From: Ginglymostoma cirratum
Lineage: Eukaryota
DNA length: 64,000 bases
Reading direction: 5' to 3'
Assembly (NCBI GenBank): GCA_024137785.1
Contig: JAHRHZ010000217.1
Coordinates: 10,345,601 to 10,409,600 of the forward strand
The translations under genes were made by a program, and so were the position numbers. Position 1 is the stretch's first letter; each line of letters opens with the position of its first letter. The notes under the pieces are model-generated. The model had not been told where the DNA came from and did not search any database. It saw only the letters and a program-made list of their open reading frames with translations. Below are positions 10,811-23,423 of the stretch, piece by piece.

Positions 10811-11475
10811 AGGTGGTGGAAGTCAACAGTTTGAGAGGACCGTTTCAAACCTGGGTTCTCAAATACTTCATTTTCAGCATCCCTGTTCTGTTTTGCTAAA
10901 GTAATCTTAAAACATTTTCCAATTAAGGAAAAATAATTCAAATATTACCTGAAGACATCATTACTATCACGTAACTTATTCTCATTGTACCATTATGCCA
11001 TTTAAGACTGCAACGAAAGATGTAAATATTGAAATGATATGACATTGCCAATGAGTCAAAGTTCCTGCAAATCAGACATGTAGCCTAGATATTTCGCTTT
11101 CTATTCTGTGATCTTTTTGAACAAGATTCCATTACCAACAGTGGAAACTCATAACTTTGGATTTTAATGTAAATAATCATGCTAGCTCCTTCACAAAGAA
11201 AGCCAACATGAGAGCATTGATAAGGTTGTCAAAGGCTTCAGTGAAAGTTACATTTTGAGAGACTTCTAAAGGTAGAGAGTGTTAGAGAAAAGAACCAGGA
11301 AAGGTATTTTATGTTTGGAGACAGAATTCAGAAGTTCAGAAAGCTGTGCCACTGATGGTGAGGTGAGAGGTACAAGGAAGACCAACGACAGAGGACCAGA
11401 AGGTAGAGGAGAGGACACAAAGTTCCGTAGGTGATTTGAAAGTGAATAGGGCAATAATTCAGAAGGATATGTAAA

Positions 11476-12134
11476 TGTTACATACCAGACCAAACTCCCT
11501 CAAAATATATTAAGGAGATAGCTTATTCCCTAACGTTTTATTTTAGTTAAAGGCAGGTGTAAGGCACTGTGTTGCAGATGTGATTTGATTGGTCCACAAC
11601 TAGGCTTTAACCAAAGTGGCTTTATTCTTATAACACAGTTAAAATAAAAATGATAAAAGAAAATTGGCATAAATTTAACTCTATTGAAATACTTAATAAA
11701 ATAATACACTATTTAACTGTAATCATCAACTATTCCTATATAGCAGCATCCCATAAACACACCCTTGGCAAAGGCAAATTCAGCATTCCTCATTTGCAAT
11801 TTCCTCTACAATTCAGGAGAAGGGAACATTAAAAGAAACAATCTAGCAGCGGAAAGAGAAAGTGAGCTTTTTGCTGCAGCACAGAAATAGCTGTATCTGT
11901 CAGCTTCAACAGCCAACTCCAAACCACAGATGAAAGCAAAACTAAAACCATGGGTCTATAAGAGCCCGACTCCACCCATTCATGCTTCTTTTGTCTTATT
12001 TTTAAAAAATCAGCGATCCCAAGGCTGTTTACCTACTGCTTCTGAAGCAGACATTCCAATACCAATGTGGCAACACATCTCTGCAAGAGAAACAGCAAAG
12101 AACAGATCCCTCTTAATGGCACAGTACTGTCACA
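11476..12134. mobile_element. Solo-LTR-like element
   Basis: Termini TGTTAC...GTCACA (TG...CA). A second copy lies at 23370-25910, sharing accagaccaaactc.ctcaaaatatatta and cccataaacac...cttggcaaaggcaaatt. No clear TSD. Confidence 0.6.
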
Positions 12135-12530
12135 TTAGTGAAGATGATTTTCCGTTTGGTGCAGTGGGACCAGGAAACCATTGATAGTCAACAAAGGGAC
12201 TACTGAGTGGTTGGGATTTAGTGCAGATTACCATGTAACGTTTGGATGATATAGAATTTGAGGACATCAGAGATTGGAAGACCAGAGGGGAAAGCTTGGA
12301 GAAAATCAGTCTCACAATGATACAGGGAGGTAATAAATAACATTGCAAAGCTGAATATAAGCAGTCCTGACAATGGACAAAATATTAGATTTGAAAATTA
12401 ACTCAGTTCTGAACAATTGCCAGGATTATGCATATTCTGGGATGGCTTGAGCAAATGTTAGCAAAGATATAAGGAAGTAGATATTTTAGCTTGAAGCAAA
12501 CATTGTGATTTTTGTCTTCCAGGTTGTCAG

Positions 12531-12656
12531 TCACCAGACAAAGGGGCTACGCTTTGAAAGCTTGTGATTTCAAATAAACCTGTTGGACTATAACCTGGTG
12601 TCGCATGATTTCTGACTTTGTCCACCCCAGTCCGACAGCGGCACCTCCACATCATG
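12531..12656 (+). mobile_element. Penelope-like terminal fragment (second family) with decayed hammerhead
   Basis: TCAC-CAGACAA-A-GGGGC-tac-GCTTT-GAAA-GC-TT-GTGA, then caaataaacctgttggactataacctggtg...caccccagtcc. Stems I and II are retained; the core is mutated. Confidence 0.6.
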
Positions 12657-12820
12657 GTTTCCATTTGAAGGTGCATCTGCTCAATCGCAAACTAAGTCTG
12701 GCAGTGCATGTCACATATTCCTAACATGTGGATGAGGAAGAGCCCAAAGTAAAATAACTGGGTAATTGGAGTTGACTATAGAATGAGGAGAAATCATTGT
12801 TAGAAATGCACTGCCTAGAT

Positions 12821-13127
12821 TAGACAATAGACAATAGACAGTAGACAATAGGTGCAGGAGTAGGCCATTCAGCCCTTCGAGCCAGCACCACCATTCATTA
12901 TGATCATGGCTGATCATCCACAATCAGTATCCTGTTCCTGCCTTATCCCCATAACCCTTGATTCCATTATCTATAAGACCTCTATCCATCTCTTTCTTGA
13001 AAGTATCCAGAGACTTGGCCTCCACTGCCTTCTGGGGCGGAGCATTCCATATATCCACCACTCTCTAGGTGAAGAAGTTTTTCCTCAACTCTGTTCTAAA
13101 TGGCCTACCCCTCATTTTTAAACTGTG
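12821..13127 (-). mobile_element. Young CR1 3' end with (TAGACAA)n tail
   Basis: Four heptamer units, then ggtgcaggagtaggccattcagcccttcgagcc, a CR1 3'UTR motif. Confidence 0.85.
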
Positions 13128-14261
13128 ATTGGGACAGCTCGAGGTAGAAACCTGCAATTATAGTCCAATGGAGGATGATCACCAAGGAGTCAGTGTAGGT
13201 CAATATGAAAAGATTAAAATGGAGGAAAATAGTGCAGTTGATCATGTCAAAGCAGTTGATCATATTAAATGCAAATAGACGAGTGAGCAATGGTCTTTTT
13301 GGGAAGACAATCAATGTCAACAAATTGAAAGGCAAAGAAACAAAAGGCAAAGAGAAAAAGACCAATTGGCCATGTTGGTGAGTCTTGGGCATGAAGTATT
13401 TGTCCCCTACTTGGTGTTGAGCACTATTGGATGAAAGGTCATTTGGTATTGTGGATAATTGTAATGGCTGTTTGTAATATCCTAATTGAGTTTGTGAAAT
13501 CTCTGTCATTTTCCATTTTCATTGTAAGAATGTTTAGGCATTAGGGCAATTGCTGCCAAATCATTCCAGACTGTTCAGAGGCCAAAACTTTCTTTGTGTT
13601 AAATCCGAAGGCAATTATTTGCATTACTGTTTGAGAGAGGCATTCCATATTTCTGATGCAACAGGAGCCTTCTATGGCATGTTAAATAAAGCTGTTTGCT
13701 CTTTAGCACACTGCTGTACAGGCTTCACATAGAGCACAGCTGTAACCAGGAAACATAAGAGTGCCCCCCACCCCCACCCCGCCCTGCCAAAAAAAGATAA
13801 TCCTATAAATCCAAATCAGAAAAGAGAGGATTTTGAATCAGCTAAACTCCAGTGTATTCTCAAGGTTGCGAACTCTTAAATTGGTGGTATGGTTTGCAAG
13901 CTATGCTTAAGCTCTTAGATTTTAGTCATTCCTCTAATACTTTTGGACTCAAAGGCATGACAATGAGCAATATCGTAAATAGTCAAGACTTAGAGTCTGG
14001 ATTTTCTTTTTATTTACCAGAAATATCACAGGATGTGTCTTCAGCCAGCCTATACAAACTCACTGGCACCTCACTTGCATTTTCCTGGGGAAGGACCTCA
14101 TTCAGTAAATCATGTGAGTTCAAATTGCAAATTCTACTACTGAGTGGTCTCAGGTACCTGGAGGAAGGGAAATTTGGGTTCATGGCAGCAGTAATAAGGA
14201 CATTACAACTTAAAGAGCTAGGAGACAACTTTGAGGATGTAACAAACCACAGGGTTTAAAG

Positions 14262-14680
14262 GAAAGCATTAGATGTAGTGTATTTAAATTTCCAAAAAGG
14301 ATTTAATGAGGTGCTACATAAAAGGGCACTAATTAAGATAAAAGCATATAGTATTGGTGTTGATACGTTAATATGGATACGGACTGGCTGACTAATAGGA
14401 AACAGAGTTGGGATAAATGGGTCATTTTCAGACTGAGAAAGTGTAAATAGTCTGTGCCTTGGGAATCAGTACTGGAGCTTTAACTATTTAAGATCTATAT
14501 ATATTAATGATTTGGATGAGGGATAAACTGTACTGTCACCAGATTTGCTGATGACACAATAATTTGTAGAAAGTAAGTTGTGAGGAGAATGCAAAGAATC
14601 TGCAAACAGATTTAGATATGTGAAGTGAGTAGGCAAAATAATACCAGATGGAATTTATTATGAGAGAACGTGAGGACTTG
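14262..14680 (+). mobile_element. Decayed CR1 RT fragment
   Basis: Encodes DVVYLNFQKGFNEV...INDLDEG...FADDT-like RT motifs with frameshifts. Confidence 0.75.
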
Positions 14681-15599
14681 GCCAAAAGAATTGGAATAAT
14701 GCTGAATACATCTCTCATCTCCATTTCATCCATTTCCTTGCAGTTGGGGTAAACTGCTGAATGAGACAGCCAATATACACAAGATGCCCTACCTGATCTC
14801 CTCCATCAACTTGTCTCACTGTACCTTACCCAACTTCTTAAGATCAATAATGTTATGCTCTGATTAAAAAGTGAATTCTCTACAAAAAGTAAAGCCTTTC
14901 TCTATCTTCACACTCTTATCAATAAAAAGTTAGCCATGATCATACCAATAAAATTCAACTGGTATAGGAAAGCAAGAGAAATGAACTGGGGAAGATCAAA
15001 TGCATGTAACAGACCCAGTATGATTCCCCATCCATTAAAGTGCAATAAAAGGAATGTCTGCCCTATCATGTTCAAGATCAGGCTTTTGCAAGAGGCTGAG
15101 ATTTCCAAGACTTTCCAAAGACTTTAATGAAGGTTTGCGAAACACGACAATGTTTCCAATAGTGGAATGTAATTGTATTACAGTGCTGTGAAATATGTAC
15201 TTTCTGAATACTGCTAAGTTCTTTTAATACATTCTTAGAATTTTCAATTACTGTAGTAAATGTTGGATGAACTTCATGTTTTTCATGTTCACCTGCTTTT
15301 ACAAAGGCCTTTTGTTATTATAGATGCTGATGGCTGATTTCTGATGATTTTTTATTGGAAGTTTTTAAGGATGGCTTTTGATTTATATGCTTCATGTTTC
15401 TTTCAGTTCTAACCTCGCAGTTGTTTGATACTGAGGCATTCAATCAAATGTGAGCACAAAAGTGTGACCACAAAAACCTAACACTAGAAGATTGACAACA
15501 GTAAGTGTGCATTAAACATGACAGGCATGAAAATCTATGTGTTCTCTGCTAGTCCCTGACAAAACAGTGGCAGGAGCTAGGTGGAACACCCATGGAAAT

Positions 15600-15890
15600 A
15601 ACGCAACCTCTTGAAGGCAGTCGTTCCCATCATCATGGAAGCTTTAAACCATGCAAATATTCAGGGCCAAGACCCACATATACCAATTTTCTCCCACCTC
15701 TCACCCTCGTTAAATTTGAGCTCATCCACAATTCTGTTGCCCATGTCCAAATTTACATAAAATGTCTTCCACTCCTTTACTCCTTGACGTACATGACCAG
15801 GTATCATCTCAGTTTTAAGATACGCACATTTGTTTTCAAAGTCCTTCATGGACACAGAAGTCTACATTTCTGCAAACCTCCTTCAGACTC
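15600..15890 (+). mobile_element. Decayed L2 3' fragment
   Basis: Peptide LIHNSVAH...LSFKIRTFVFKVLHG matches the L2 C-terminus. Confidence 0.6.
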
Positions 15891-16239
15891 TATGTAAATT
15901 ATTCTCATGTAGACAGTGCAGTTCCAGCTTCAATTCCAGATATTGTTAAACTTGGTGAACACAATGACAATTGGTGTGAGGGATGTTGCTCTTTTGCTAC
16001 GTCAGCCTATGAGACAGGAATTCCTAAATCTAATGCTGATTGCTACCCACCAACTCATGCTGGAAAATACACATGCATAGATGTCAAATGAAGGCAGATA
16101 CCTGCTGTCAATCAAAATGCAGGCTGGTGCATAAAGAACACGTGACATGTACAAGTTCCTGAATGGTAGTCAGGATCTATGAAATCAGCATCTTCTGCTG
16201 AAGGGAGACACCAGGAAGAAGAGACAAATAAGATGGCTT

Positions 16240-16560
16240 TACAGTTTTATGGTAACAAATCTTGCTGGATTACAACATCTCATAGCAAACACCATTAGTC
16301 TTCTTCGTGCATTCTTCAGCTTGATAGCTCTTTGCCCTGTAATTTTCTGGAAGTTTGAGTTACTAACAAAATGGTGAGAACTAAGCATCCAGTACCTTAG
16401 CAAACAGTGTGAGTAAAGTACGTCTGTTGTTAACCAATTTGATTGAGAGTGGAGCACAGCTGCTGGACAGTTTCTGATCTCACACCATGTCACTGTCACT
16501 GTCACTGATTAAATCCATTGTGCCCAGATCATAAAAAGTAAGCAAAGGAAATAAGGGATT
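16240..16560. promoter_or_regulatory. Candidate enhancer / conserved non-coding element
   Basis: Unique sequence with three TGTCA units directly followed by TGATTAAAT and CATTGT (TALE, Pbx-Hox and Sox-like sites). Confidence 0.3.
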
Positions 16561-16753
16561 TTTCCGCAAGAAAGGAGGCTAGGCTAGTCATTGTTGCCTA
16601 TCCCTAACTAACCTGGAAAATTCCTATGTGCTACACAAGAAAAGATCCAAATTAGAAAATAACCGAAATAACTGGCCTCATAATTCAAGCAGCAGCCTTA
16701 GCACAAATCTAAGCACATACAATCCTTTGCAAATGTTTTGGAAGCATTCTTTG

Positions 16754-17097
16754 GGTGGCTCAGTGGTTAGCACTACTGCTGCACAGCACCAGGGATCTGA
16801 GTTTGATTTCAGCCTTGGTTGACTGTATCATCTTGTGACTGTGTGGGTTTCTGATGGGTGTTTTGGGTTTCTGATAGGTGCTCTAGTTTTCTCCCACAGT
16901 CCAAAGGTGTGCAGGTTAGGTGGATTGGCCATGTTAAAATGTCCCCATAGTGTCCAGAGATGTGCAGGCTAGATGGATTTGCTTTGGGAAATGCGGGATT
17001 ATGCAGGTAGGACAGGGATCTAGGTAGGATGCTCTTTGGAGGATCAGTGCAGACTCAGTGGTCTGAATGGTCTCTTTCCACCCTGTAGGGATTCTAT
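16754..17097 (+). mobile_element. HE1-type V-SINE
   Basis: tRNA head GGTGGCTCAGTGGTTAGCAC, V-domain ctcccacagtccaaag.tgtgcaggttaggtggattggccatg, and CR1-like tail ctgtagggattcta. Confidence 0.85.
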
Positions 17098-18257
17098 CTG
17101 TAATTATTTTTAAGAAGATTCCTTTAAGCACCTTGCTCTCAACTCAAACGATCCTAGAAATATGACGGCTTCAAATTCCTCATTACTGATCATAGCTGAA
17201 ACTTTCAGCAAGAAGACAGTAAGAGCAACACAAAATATCAAGTTCTCACAAAATAATTCAGGAGTCTATGTTTGCCTCACAAATGTGAATTATACAATCA
17301 TGAAGACTGGACTAAATGATGACTCAATCCCATAGCCACACAGAATAATATAGAATTAAATTATTCTATTCCAGCACTGCGAATTTTATCTGAATCTGTG
17401 CAGGCTCTGCAGAATAGTCAATAACAGTGTGGTACATGGACGACAAGACCACTCTGCTTAGAACTCTGAACTGTCACTCAAGGAAACACAAAACTTTCAC
17501 AAATTGGTCTCAGATGTCGTTTAGCTAAACTGCTGGAGGTTTGCATGTCTGCAGTATATTTAGAGAATATTTTGAATTAAGAATTGTTTTATGAATCACT
17601 ACATTTCTGTAATTATACTTTATAATGTTCCACAGTACAAATTTACAGAAAACCATTTTTGGCAGTTCCATATGATGGGAACCATGTGTGCGTTTGAAAG
17701 CTTTCAGAATGCCCAGGTTTAATTGTGAGTTTGGACAAGTGAAAAGGGTTACTTCATGTTAAGTTTTTGTTTTTGATTGTGTACAAATGACTAATGCTGT
17801 TGGTTGGAAACTGCACATTGCTCTTGGAAAACATTTTAAAGATTGAGATGTACTCACTTAGCCTTCTTTTGTCACAACAAATAAGGAAACCAAGCCTTGA
17901 AAAACTTGTATTAAGTTATTTATTTTCAATTGTAGGTCAGATGTTTAGTTACAGCATCATAATAGCAAAAACCGTCTACTAATAGACGGTTACAATGCTA
18001 CAGTTCAATAACCTTGGTAGGCTAATTCCAAGAATGCTTCTTCAAAAGTATTCATTCATTCATCAGTTTGAATGCAGTTCACATAAATCATTGGCTTATT
18101 GCTGTGTTAACATATGCAGACCAAGATAGTCCAAATTTTAGTCCCTAGTCTTTGCTAAATCTCCTAATTTCCTGGATCCCCTATGTACCTATGGAAAAAA
18201 CTCGTGTGTGTGTGAGAGAGACAGCACAGATGCGTGTGCATGTGCATGTATATAAAC

Positions 18258-19132
18258 AGCACAGGAACAGGCCGTTCAGCCTTCCAAGCTTGCACCAACA
18301 CATTTTGCTGTCTTCTTTTACTGGATCAAAATCCCGCTATTCCCTTCCTATTCATGTATTCATCCAGGTGCTTCTTGAATGCTGCTATTGTGTCTGCTTC
18401 CACCCCATCCTCTGGCAATGAGTTCCAGGCACTCATCACCCTTTGTGTGAATAACATGCCTTGCACGTCTCTTTTAAACTTCGCACCTTGAACTTGTGTC
18501 CCCTAGTAGTTGACCCCTACACCCTGGGAAAACGCCTTATACTTCCCACTCTATCCATGCCATTATGCCATTCATAACCATATGAACTTCTATCAAGTCA
18601 CCCCTCAACCTCCTGCATTCCAGTGAAAACAAACCCAGTTTATTGAACCTTTCTTCATAGCTAAAATCCTCCATATCAGGCAGTATCCTGGTAAGCCTTT
18701 TCTGTACCCTCTCCAAAGCATCTACATCCTTTTGGTAATGTGGTGACCAGAACTGTATGCAATATTCCAAGTGTGGCCTAACTAAAGTTCTATGAAGCTG
18801 CAGCATAACTTGCCTATCCTTATATGCAGTGCCCCTTCCAATGAAGGCAAGCATGCCATGAGCCTTTTTTACTGCCTTGTCTATCTACACTGCCACCTTC
18901 AATGATCTGTGGATCTGCACACCCAGATCCCTCTGCATATCAATACTCATAAGGATTCTGCCATTCACTGTATAATTTCCATCTGTACTTGACCTTCCAA
19001 AATGCATCGCCTCACATTTGTCCGGATTAAATTCCATCTGTCATTTTTCTGCCCATGCCTCCAACTGATCTATATTCTGCTGTATCCTCTGATAATCCTC
19101 CTCACTGTCTGCAACTCCACCAATCTTTGTAT
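18258..19132 (-). mobile_element. CR1 3' fragment
   Basis: ORF 18537-18854: LAFIGRG..YK..VMLQLHRTLVRPHLEYCIQFWSPHYQKDVDALERVQKR...LRGDLIEV. Confidence 0.95.
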
Positions 19133-20652
19133 CTTTTTAGTTGGAAACAATGGAATTGGCCATTTAGTCTCTGAGATTTGAGCTTGTCCAGCTAATTTGT
19201 TCATATCTGTTAAGAAGCAACAGCATTTTAGTTGCAGTTAGAATGAATAGTATTACGGTAGACAGATGGTGTGAGTGCTGAGGGAAGGATTAGGGGGCAG
19301 GATTTGAAGAGATACCCAAAAATGGGATGTCACATCATAGCAAAGTGAGAATACATGCCAAATGGCAATATAACAATCATCAAAGAGATCATCTCCACTG
19401 CATGTTAAATGAATAACTGGATATTTTATACTAGAAAGGTGCCAGATTTAATGCCTGGTCTATGGTGATCTCATCACTAGGAATGCCAGAAATAGCCAAA
19501 GTTAGTGAAAGGACAATTGACTTGGGTTTCCATTCATGACTGTTATGAATTACCGTGGCTAAAGTTGTGCCCCCATGGTTATTATGTCAATGCAGAATCA
19601 GACACAACTGTCATATAGTCCTGGAAAACTGGCCTTCAAACAGTCACTGCCAATGTTTAGATGTGAATTAAAGCTAAGTACCAGAGGACTACTTGCAGAC
19701 ATGGAATCATAACTCACAATGGATCATGCCTTCTGCAGAGGAGAATAGCAAAAACTGACATGAAGAAAAGAAAGTAACAAGTTACCAAGCTTACAGATAG
19801 GATAGTGTGAATATTAAAGTTAATTACATAATATTAATGCCCCAGAATATGTCTTCCACAAATATTGTGCTGTGTTTTAGACTATGACTTTGCTTTGTCG
19901 ATTAATACGTAGCCCTTTATCAGAATTCCTTCCAAGTCTAACCTAAAACATTAATAGACATAGATCACGATCATTCTTGTCTTATGTGTTCCTGTAGCTC
20001 ATTTGATGATGTAGAGACCAGATTTCTTCATCATAACTTTTAATCCTAATTTTACGTTTTCTGTGTTTTCACTGTTAATTTCTATCTTCTCAGCAATGTT
20101 TTCTGAAGACATTAACTGCTTCAGTGTATAATGAATTAGGTGAACAATGTGCAATTGTTAGGTCTTGGACTGGTTACTTTCTGTAATTGGCCTTTTCCCA
20201 CTGAACTAGAAAGAGCCCAGTTTTGTGACAGGCACTGAATGGCATGACTTACACACTTTTTCCCCTGGACATTATCAGGGCAAGGTACCATAGACCCATC
20301 AATATCTTGCTTAGATAGTCGAAATGCATACGCACACAACACCTGAAGCAGGAGCCACTGGATACTGACTAGATGTGAAAACCTTGAACGCTTGCTGTGT
20401 CTGAAACAGAGAGGCCAGTAACAATAGTAGGCTGTATCAACCTCAGCTAAGACAAAGTAAACCTGGACTTTTCTAGACTATAGGCCTCAGCCATTGAAGT
20501 AAATAATTTCCCAAATCATCATAATATCCAGGATTGGAAAGCAGGTTAGTGGGTTCATGAAAATGGAGTTCAGACGTAAGATAGTCCATGGTTGTATTGA
20601 ATAGCAGCACGAGGAGCCAAGAAGTCTGTCGTGACTTCTATTTCATGTTCTC

Positions 20653-21247
20653 ATAGAGTCATATAGTCGCAGAGTCTTACAGCATAGAAACAGACCCTTT
20701 GGTCCAACCAGTTCAGGCCAAACAGAATCCAAAACTAAACTTGTCTCACCTACTTGCTCCTGCCCACATCCCTCCAAACCTTTCCTATTCATGTACTTAC
20801 CCAAATGTCTTTTAAACATTGTAATAGTACCACATCCACCACTTCCTCAGGAAATTCATTCCACACAGGAGCCATCCTCCATGTAACAAATTTGTCCCCC
20901 ATGTTTCTTTTCAATCTCTCTCCTCTCACCTTAAAAATGTGCCTCCTAGACTTGAAATCCCCATCCTAGGGAAAAGGCATCTACCATTAATCCTATCTAT
21001 ACCCCACATTATTTTATAAACTTCTGTAAGGTCACCTCTTAACCTCCTACATTCAAGTGAAAAACGTCCCAGCCTATCCAGCCTTTTTTATTCACTCACT
21101 CAAACCTTCCATACACAGCAGCATCCCGGTAAATCTCTTCTGAATCCTCTCCAGCTTAATAATATCCTTCCTATAGCTGGGACTAGCACAGTACACTGTA
21201 TTCGAGAAGATGCCTCACCAATGTCCTGTAGCAACCTCAACATGACT
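20653..21247 (-). mobile_element. CR1 3' fragment with (ATAGAGTC)-like tail
   Basis: Nucleotide similarity to 33985-34560. Confidence 0.85.
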
Positions 21248-21299
21248 TGGAAGACGGCTGAAAAGAAATAGATAATGAAGCTATTAATGAAAGTATTTA

Positions 21300-21810
21300 A
21301 TGAAATGTCTGCATAGACTGGTAGCAAAAACAGAATCTCAGAGTAAATTATTGATCTGATTAGAAAATTTTTGGCTGGTAGGATACAAAGTGTAGAAATA
21401 ATGAGCAAGTACCCTAATTGGCAGATTGTGGCTAATAGCAACCCTGAAGGATCTACTATTTACCACAATTAGAAATGACTTAGATGATGGGATAGAAAGC
21501 TACACATCCAAGTTTTCTGACAACACACAAGGACAGGTGGGATTGTAGTAGTATAGATGGAAAGATGCATTACAAAGACATTAAGTGAATGAGCAGAACT
21601 GTGACAATAATATTTAGTGTTGGAGAAAATTAGGCAAACCACTTTAAAATTGAAAAAAAGATGGTTAAAAAGTACTTTCTAAATGATGGAAGACTAGAAG
21701 TAGTGGAGTTCAAAGTGGCTTGGGAGTTTAGATCTGTATATCATTAAAATGCCATGAATAAATACAGTAAAATAAAAGCAAATAGGATAATGGAACCTTA
21801 CTATCTAGAG
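21300..21810 (+). mobile_element. Highly decayed CR1 RT fragment
   Basis: Segment aatgacttagatgatggg...aagttttctgacaacac is NDLDDG..KF(A)DDT-like. Confidence 0.55.
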
Positions 21811-22049
21811 AACCAGTATTTACTCGAGTCTGCTTTCTACAGTGTATTCACAATTTGACAAGCAGGGAAGTTGTTAATCTCTTTCAAAAATTCTAATTTT
21901 TTTTGTATTTCATATTTAATATTTAACTGAAATATACTGTTTACATTGTATATTTCATGTATGTTTTGCAAGGTTATATAAGCTCATTGCCTACAGTCAG
22001 CTGAAGTTATTTAAGCAAGTCAGCTGAAGTTGCTTTTTTCAGTAGCTGG

Positions 22050-23370
22050 GCCTTAGCTACCTCATAGCCTATAAGTATAGCCATCTCAGTGTGACTTAGC
22101 ACTGAGTGTGACTTTGAGCAGAGTGTTGGCAGTTTGGTATATGAGGGAGTTAGTTGAAGAGGGAAATCAGATACTTCTCCAATTGCTTCTTCTAATTATT
22201 CATCCTCAATGAAATGACCATTACTTTACTATAAATTAAGAAATAGCTCTTTGGTAAATGATTAATAAATGGTTAAGGCCTATTCTATTCCTAAGCTTTA
22301 AAACAGTATAAGAGCTGATAGTAAAGTTGAAGAAATGCACAGGAAAGAAAAATAAATAATCGAATAAGTTAAACAATTAATTAAAAACAAGGATGGCAAA
22401 ACAGGTGATGTGTCAAAGTTACAGCATATTGGAGCTCCTGAATCCCAAGCCAAACAAATCTGCAGTAAGTTTTTTACTGCTCAAACTGTTTTGGGTCACA
22501 GCTTAATAGCTGGAGACTGAATTGCAGACACTGCAACGTAGCAAAGTGAGGGAATGTTGCCTAGACATTGTGTATTAGGACATGGTCATATCCATTTGGA
22601 CAGGGTATTCTGATTTGGTCTCTGATCAGGAAAAGGATGTTGTGACGATGAAAGAGACAGGTTAGGTGACACGAAGCGAAGGAGTGCAGGATCCATAGCT
22701 TTTGCGATTGTTCATCGGGTTTGAGGTTCTTTCAGATTGTTTGGATGAGAATGAGAGCAACAGCATGGCTTAGCTAACTTACGATACATCTTGGTACAGA
22801 AAGCCATTCAAGTGGGCGGTGTGGGGTGGTGGGTAAAGGGGGGCTGATAAAGGTACATCGTGTTAATACAGGACGGAATAATGAAGCAAATTGACACTTC
22901 TCACTGCAGCCATGTGCGAGAGTGGAATAAACTTCCTGAGGAAGTGACGGATATGGGCACATTTACAGTCAAGTAAAGGAAAAGTTTGGAGGGATATTGG
23001 CCAGGAACACGCAGGTGGGACTAGTTTAGTTGGGATTGTGTTCAGCATGGATTAATTGGTCCGGCATGTCTGTTTCCATGATGTATGACTCTATGATTTG
23101 ATAAGACTGTGTTGTCTGCCTGGCTCAGAATGTCTGCTCAGGGTGAAGCAGAAACTAGGAGTTGGTGGGGAAGGATCCAGTCATGGTGGATTCATGTAGG
23201 TACCAATGACATTTGCAGGACAAACTAAGGTCAGTGTATCGAGCTGGGTGCCGAATTGAGAAGAAGAACTTCAAAGGTAATAATCTGTGGATGTATGGGT
23301 CAAGAAAGTTTCCTATTGTGGGGCATTGGCACTAGTTCTCCAGAAAGTGGGGATGGTATCATTGGGACAG
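22050..23370 (+). mobile_element. Decayed CR1 5'UTR/ORF1 region with a nested CR1 3' end (22920-23097)
   Basis: Similar to 54760-55620. Encodes LCCLP, GKDPVMV and HVGTNDI pieces of the CR1 ORF1 esterase-like domain. Confidence 0.7.
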
Positions 23371-23423
23371 TAATGTGGACCAGACCAAACTCTCTCAAAA
23401 TATATTACGAAGATAGTCTAGAC

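Larger units (their letters stand above)
11200..13300 (-). mobile_element. Decayed L2 LINE hosting three younger insertions
   Basis: L2-like purine-rich + strand similar to 5915-6900. It resumes on both sides of the inserts at 11476, 12531 and 12821. Confidence 0.5.

Noticed and set aside
12821-12850. Short tandem repeats here and at 44042-44064 and 60549-60572
   Set aside because: Ordinary retroposon microsatellite tails, not CRISPR-like arrays; there are no spacers.
16754-16820. tRNA-like sequences here and at 49836 and 51426
   Set aside because: These are SINE heads that run on into V-domains, with no complete cloverleaf.
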